64,000 nt of DNA, taken from positions 384,001 through 448,000 of the forward strand of contig CAXXSR010000001.1 in the NCBI GenBank assembly GCA_963662615.2, given 5' to 3'. This stretch comes from Dehalococcoidia bacterium (lineage in GTDB: Bacteria > Chloroflexota > Dehalococcoidia > Bin125). A program made the position numbers and the translations under genes. Under the pieces are notes generated by a model. It was not told where the DNA came from, made no database searches, and saw only the letters and a list, made by a program, of their open reading frames with translations. This document shows, one piece after another, positions 61,349 to 64,000 of this stretch. Each line of letters opens with the position of its first letter. Within the stretch, counting starts at the first letter, position 1.

Positions 61349-62626
61349 CGCGGTCCACGCCTTCAGGTCTTGAACGATTTCCCCGTAGAAGCGCTCAACG
61401 TGCGCCGCAACGTCGTCAATGAAGCTACGTTTTCCGTGCTGCCGATTCGTACCGACCTGGGTGGACAGCGTGACGGTGAACGATCTGGGCAGCCTGCCGA
61501 TTGGGGCGATAAGGACGGCGGGATCACTGCGGACTTCCCGCAAGAGGTCGGACGTCGTCGTCTTCGTGTGGGGGAAGCTCGCTGAGATGCGTAAATCCGG
61601 GGGCGCATCTCGGAGCTGCCGTACCAGCTAATTGACGCGAGTGGTCGGGCGCGGTCGGTCGGGCGCGTCGAGAGTGACGGATGCGTCTGCCGCCATCGTC
61701 CGAAGGTCCGCGGCGATCTCGATGGGACCAACGGAGTTCGGAATCTTGATGGCTCCCGTCAGCTTGCCGGATGCAACCAGCTGAGTCGCGAGTGAAGTCA
61801 ATCGCTGCTCCGGTTCAGCTCGTTCTCGACGGCTCAGTACTGGCTGAACGTCCTCCCCCAGGCGAGCCCCAAGTGTCAGGCAGAGATATTGGATTAGCTG
61901 ATCCCAGCGCGCCGCCACCTCTTCCCTGCCTCCGTCCGCCATGGTCAGGGTTCCGGCCCTAACACCCGCGCGAACGGCCACCCACTCGGGACCCATGTCA
62001 ACGAACTTCAGCGCGCCCGAATTCTCGTGTTCCAGGTACCGGATGAGTTCTTGCAGGATCCAAGCCTGGTCCGGATCGCTAACACCGTCGTGCTCGTGGC
62101 GTCGGACTGCAATCGACAGCATGCGGATCCACGAGAGGTGGTACAGGGGAATGTTTCGGAATCGGCGCTGGTCAACCTTGATCGGGTGTTGTCCGGACGC
62201 GCTGACGATGGTGTTGCTGATCGTCAGTAACCCATTGAATCCTTCTTGCCGTACCACATCGAGGTATGCTTCGACCTGCTCTGGATTGTGGCGGCTGTTG
62301 CCGGTCTTGACCTCCACCAGGAGAGTCCATTCGGTCGAGCCCCGGCGGACGCGGATCAGCCCGTCGATGCGGACCTTCTTACCCTTTACCTCGAACGGAA
62401 CCTCGCAGTACGTCGAAACGGCGCCGGCCGGCGCGCCAAGGGGCCGCAGGATCTCATGCCCGAACTCCTTTACGGCGCTCAGGACTGCGAGAAGTGCCGA
62501 GGTAGCGCGGCGCTCCTGCTCCTTCGCACCCCTGATTCCGGAGACCGGGATCAGCCGCGCTTCTCGCCAACGTTCGTCATCGATTGGAGCCCTCTCGCCG
62601 CCTGATGCAGCGAACTTATAGACCAT
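61220..62626 (-). pseudogene. PD-(D/E)XK nuclease-like protein interrupted by an in-frame TAG (61628-61630)
   Basis: ARLIP.SGI.G..EQERRATSALLAV, EVPF...RIDGLI...LVEVKTG...Q...Y; ORF 61220..61543 is in the same frame after RVN*LVRQL. Confidence 0.72.
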
Positions 62627-62914
62627 TCACCGTTCGGATGTCATCCCAAGGGCATGACCGGCCATTACGGCCGCGTAGTCTTCTGCGAGTGTACTGGCGT
62701 CGACGGATCTCAACGCGGACGACCCCGCTCACTGCAGTGTTGTTACGCCATTCACGGGCAAGAAGGCGAGGGCAGGTGTCCGGGGTTGTGATCGTGCCGG
62801 AATGGCCGTCAGCGCGACGACATGCCGAACGACTCGGCGAATAGGCCCGTTGGAGCGTCGCCGCGCCAGTATCGTCGCAGCGGAGAGGTCAGGCGGCCCA
62901 GGGGCAGGGAGGCG

Positions 62915-62990
62915 TGGTGGAGCTGAGGGGGCTCGAACCCCTGACCTTTTGACTGCCAGTCAAACGCTCTCCCAACTGAGCTACAGCCCC
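62915..62990 (-). tRNA. tRNA-Ala(GGC)
   Basis: Reverse complement GGGGCTGTAGCTCAGTTGGGAGAGCGTTTGACTGGCAGTCAAAAGGTCAGGGGTTCGAGCCCCCTCAGCTCCACCA; G3:U70 pair. Confidence 0.97.
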
Positions 62991-63103
62991 ACGCGGTCAC
63001 GGTGGCATCGTAGAGTGTCATCGTAGGCAGGGGGCCGCGTCGGCGGCAATTGTGCTCGGCGCCCGCTGCAGCCGGTCCTTCCCTGGGGAAGGAGGAGCGC
63101 GCC

Positions 63104-64000
63104 ATGACCATGTCGCTGGAGGGGCTGAAGGTCCTGGACCTCTCTCGCTTGGCGCCCGGCCCCTACTGCTCCATGCTGCTGGCCGACATGGGCGCCGACG
63201 TCCTCATGATTGAGGAGGCGGGACAGGTGGTGGGGCGTCGCGCCGCGCCGGCGGCCGACCCCAACGATGCGCGGCGCGAGGCCCTGCGGGCGACGCTGGC
63301 GCGCAACAAGCGCTCGCTGCGGCTCAACCTGAAGTCGGATGAGGCGCGCGCGATCTTCTACCGCCTCGCCGACGATGCCGACGTGGTGCTGGAAGGGTTC
63401 CGGCCCGGCGTGGTCAAGCGGCTGGGCGTGGACGACGAGACGCTGCGCGCCCGCAATCCGCGGCTGATCTACTGCTCGCTGAGCGGCTTCGGGCAGGACG
63501 GCCCCTATGCACAGCGGGTGGGTCACGACATCAACTACATCGCCATCGCCGGCGCGCTGGGCATGATCGGCAGTGAGGACAAGGGGGGGCGGCCGGCGAT
63601 CCCGGCTAACATCATCGCCGATTTCGCCGCCGGCGGGTTGATGGCGGCGTTCAGCATCCTCTGCGCCGTGATCGCGCGGGAGCGGACGGGCCGCGGGCAG
63701 TCCGTGGACGTGGCGATGTCGGATGGCGTCGTGTCGCTGATCGCGGCGATGGCGGCGATGCACACCGCCGTGGGCGGGGACAACGGACCGCGCAGCTCGG
63801 TGCTGAACGGGTCGGAGCCCTATTACAACGTGTACGAGACCAAGGACGGCCGCTGGTTCAGCGTGGGCGCCATGGAGCCGTGGTTCTACGCCAACCTTTG
63901 CCGGGCGATGGGGCGCGAAGAGTTCATTGCCCATCAAGGCACGCAGGATGAGGCCAAGCGGCAAGAGATCTTTGAGCACTTCCGCAGGCAGTTCAAGAGC
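63104..64000 (+). CDS. CaiB/BaiF (family III) CoA-transferase, 3'-partial
   Basis: AAGGAGG; LEGLKVLDLSRLAPGPYCSMLLADMGADV, RNKRS..LNLK, EGFRPGV, GHDINY. Confidence 0.95.
   Translation, partial: MTMSLEGLKVLDLSRLAPGPYCSMLLADMGADVLMIEEAGQVVGRRAAPAADPNDARREALRATLARNKRSLRLNLKSDEARAIFYRLADDADVVLEGFRPGVVKRLGVDDETLRARNPRLIYCSLSGFGQDGPYAQRVGHDINYIAIAGALGMIGSEDKGGRPAIPANIIADFAAGGLMAAFSILCAVIARERTGRGQSVDVAMSDGVVSLIAAMAAMHTAVGGDNGPRSSVLNGSEPYYNVYETKDGRWFSVGAMEPWFYANLCRAMGREEFIAHQGTQDEAKRQEIFEHFRRQFKS

Noticed and set aside
61628-61630. Pyrrolysine or genome-wide TAG recoding
   Set aside because: TAG ends many normal genes here (serS, lysS, leuS, greA) and no pyl genes are in the window.

Overview
GC-rich bacterial chromosomal window, inferred from gene content (not by search) to be Chloroflexota, probably Dehalococcoidia-like. 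Core genes: serS, lysS, greA, rsmD, coaD, leuS, frameshifted purE, tRNA-Ser(TGA), tRNA-Ala(GGC). Signalling and motility genes: a FapA/DUF342 fragment, a FliA/WhiG sigma factor, a HAMP-PAS-GGDEF-EAL protein, two LuxR solos and a MarR. Many secreted or lipoprotein genes lie between them. Main observations: (1) three ~137-bp CCA-ending, tRNA-derived units in tandem behind tRNA-Ser, plus a fourth fragment 2.8 kb away bracketing a protease islet. (2) A mosaic REP-like repeat system in which every copy found has the same orientation, and which has entered leuS and a DM13 gene in frame. (3) An unnamed ~70-75 aa module occurring seven times in five unrelated exported proteins, a candidate envelope-anchoring domain. 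(4) A PD-(D/E)XK-like gene beside tRNA-Ala split by one in-frame TAG. (5) Three local direct duplications, a greA leader attenuator and two probable non-canonical start codons. No CRISPR, rRNA or intact transposase/integrase was seen.
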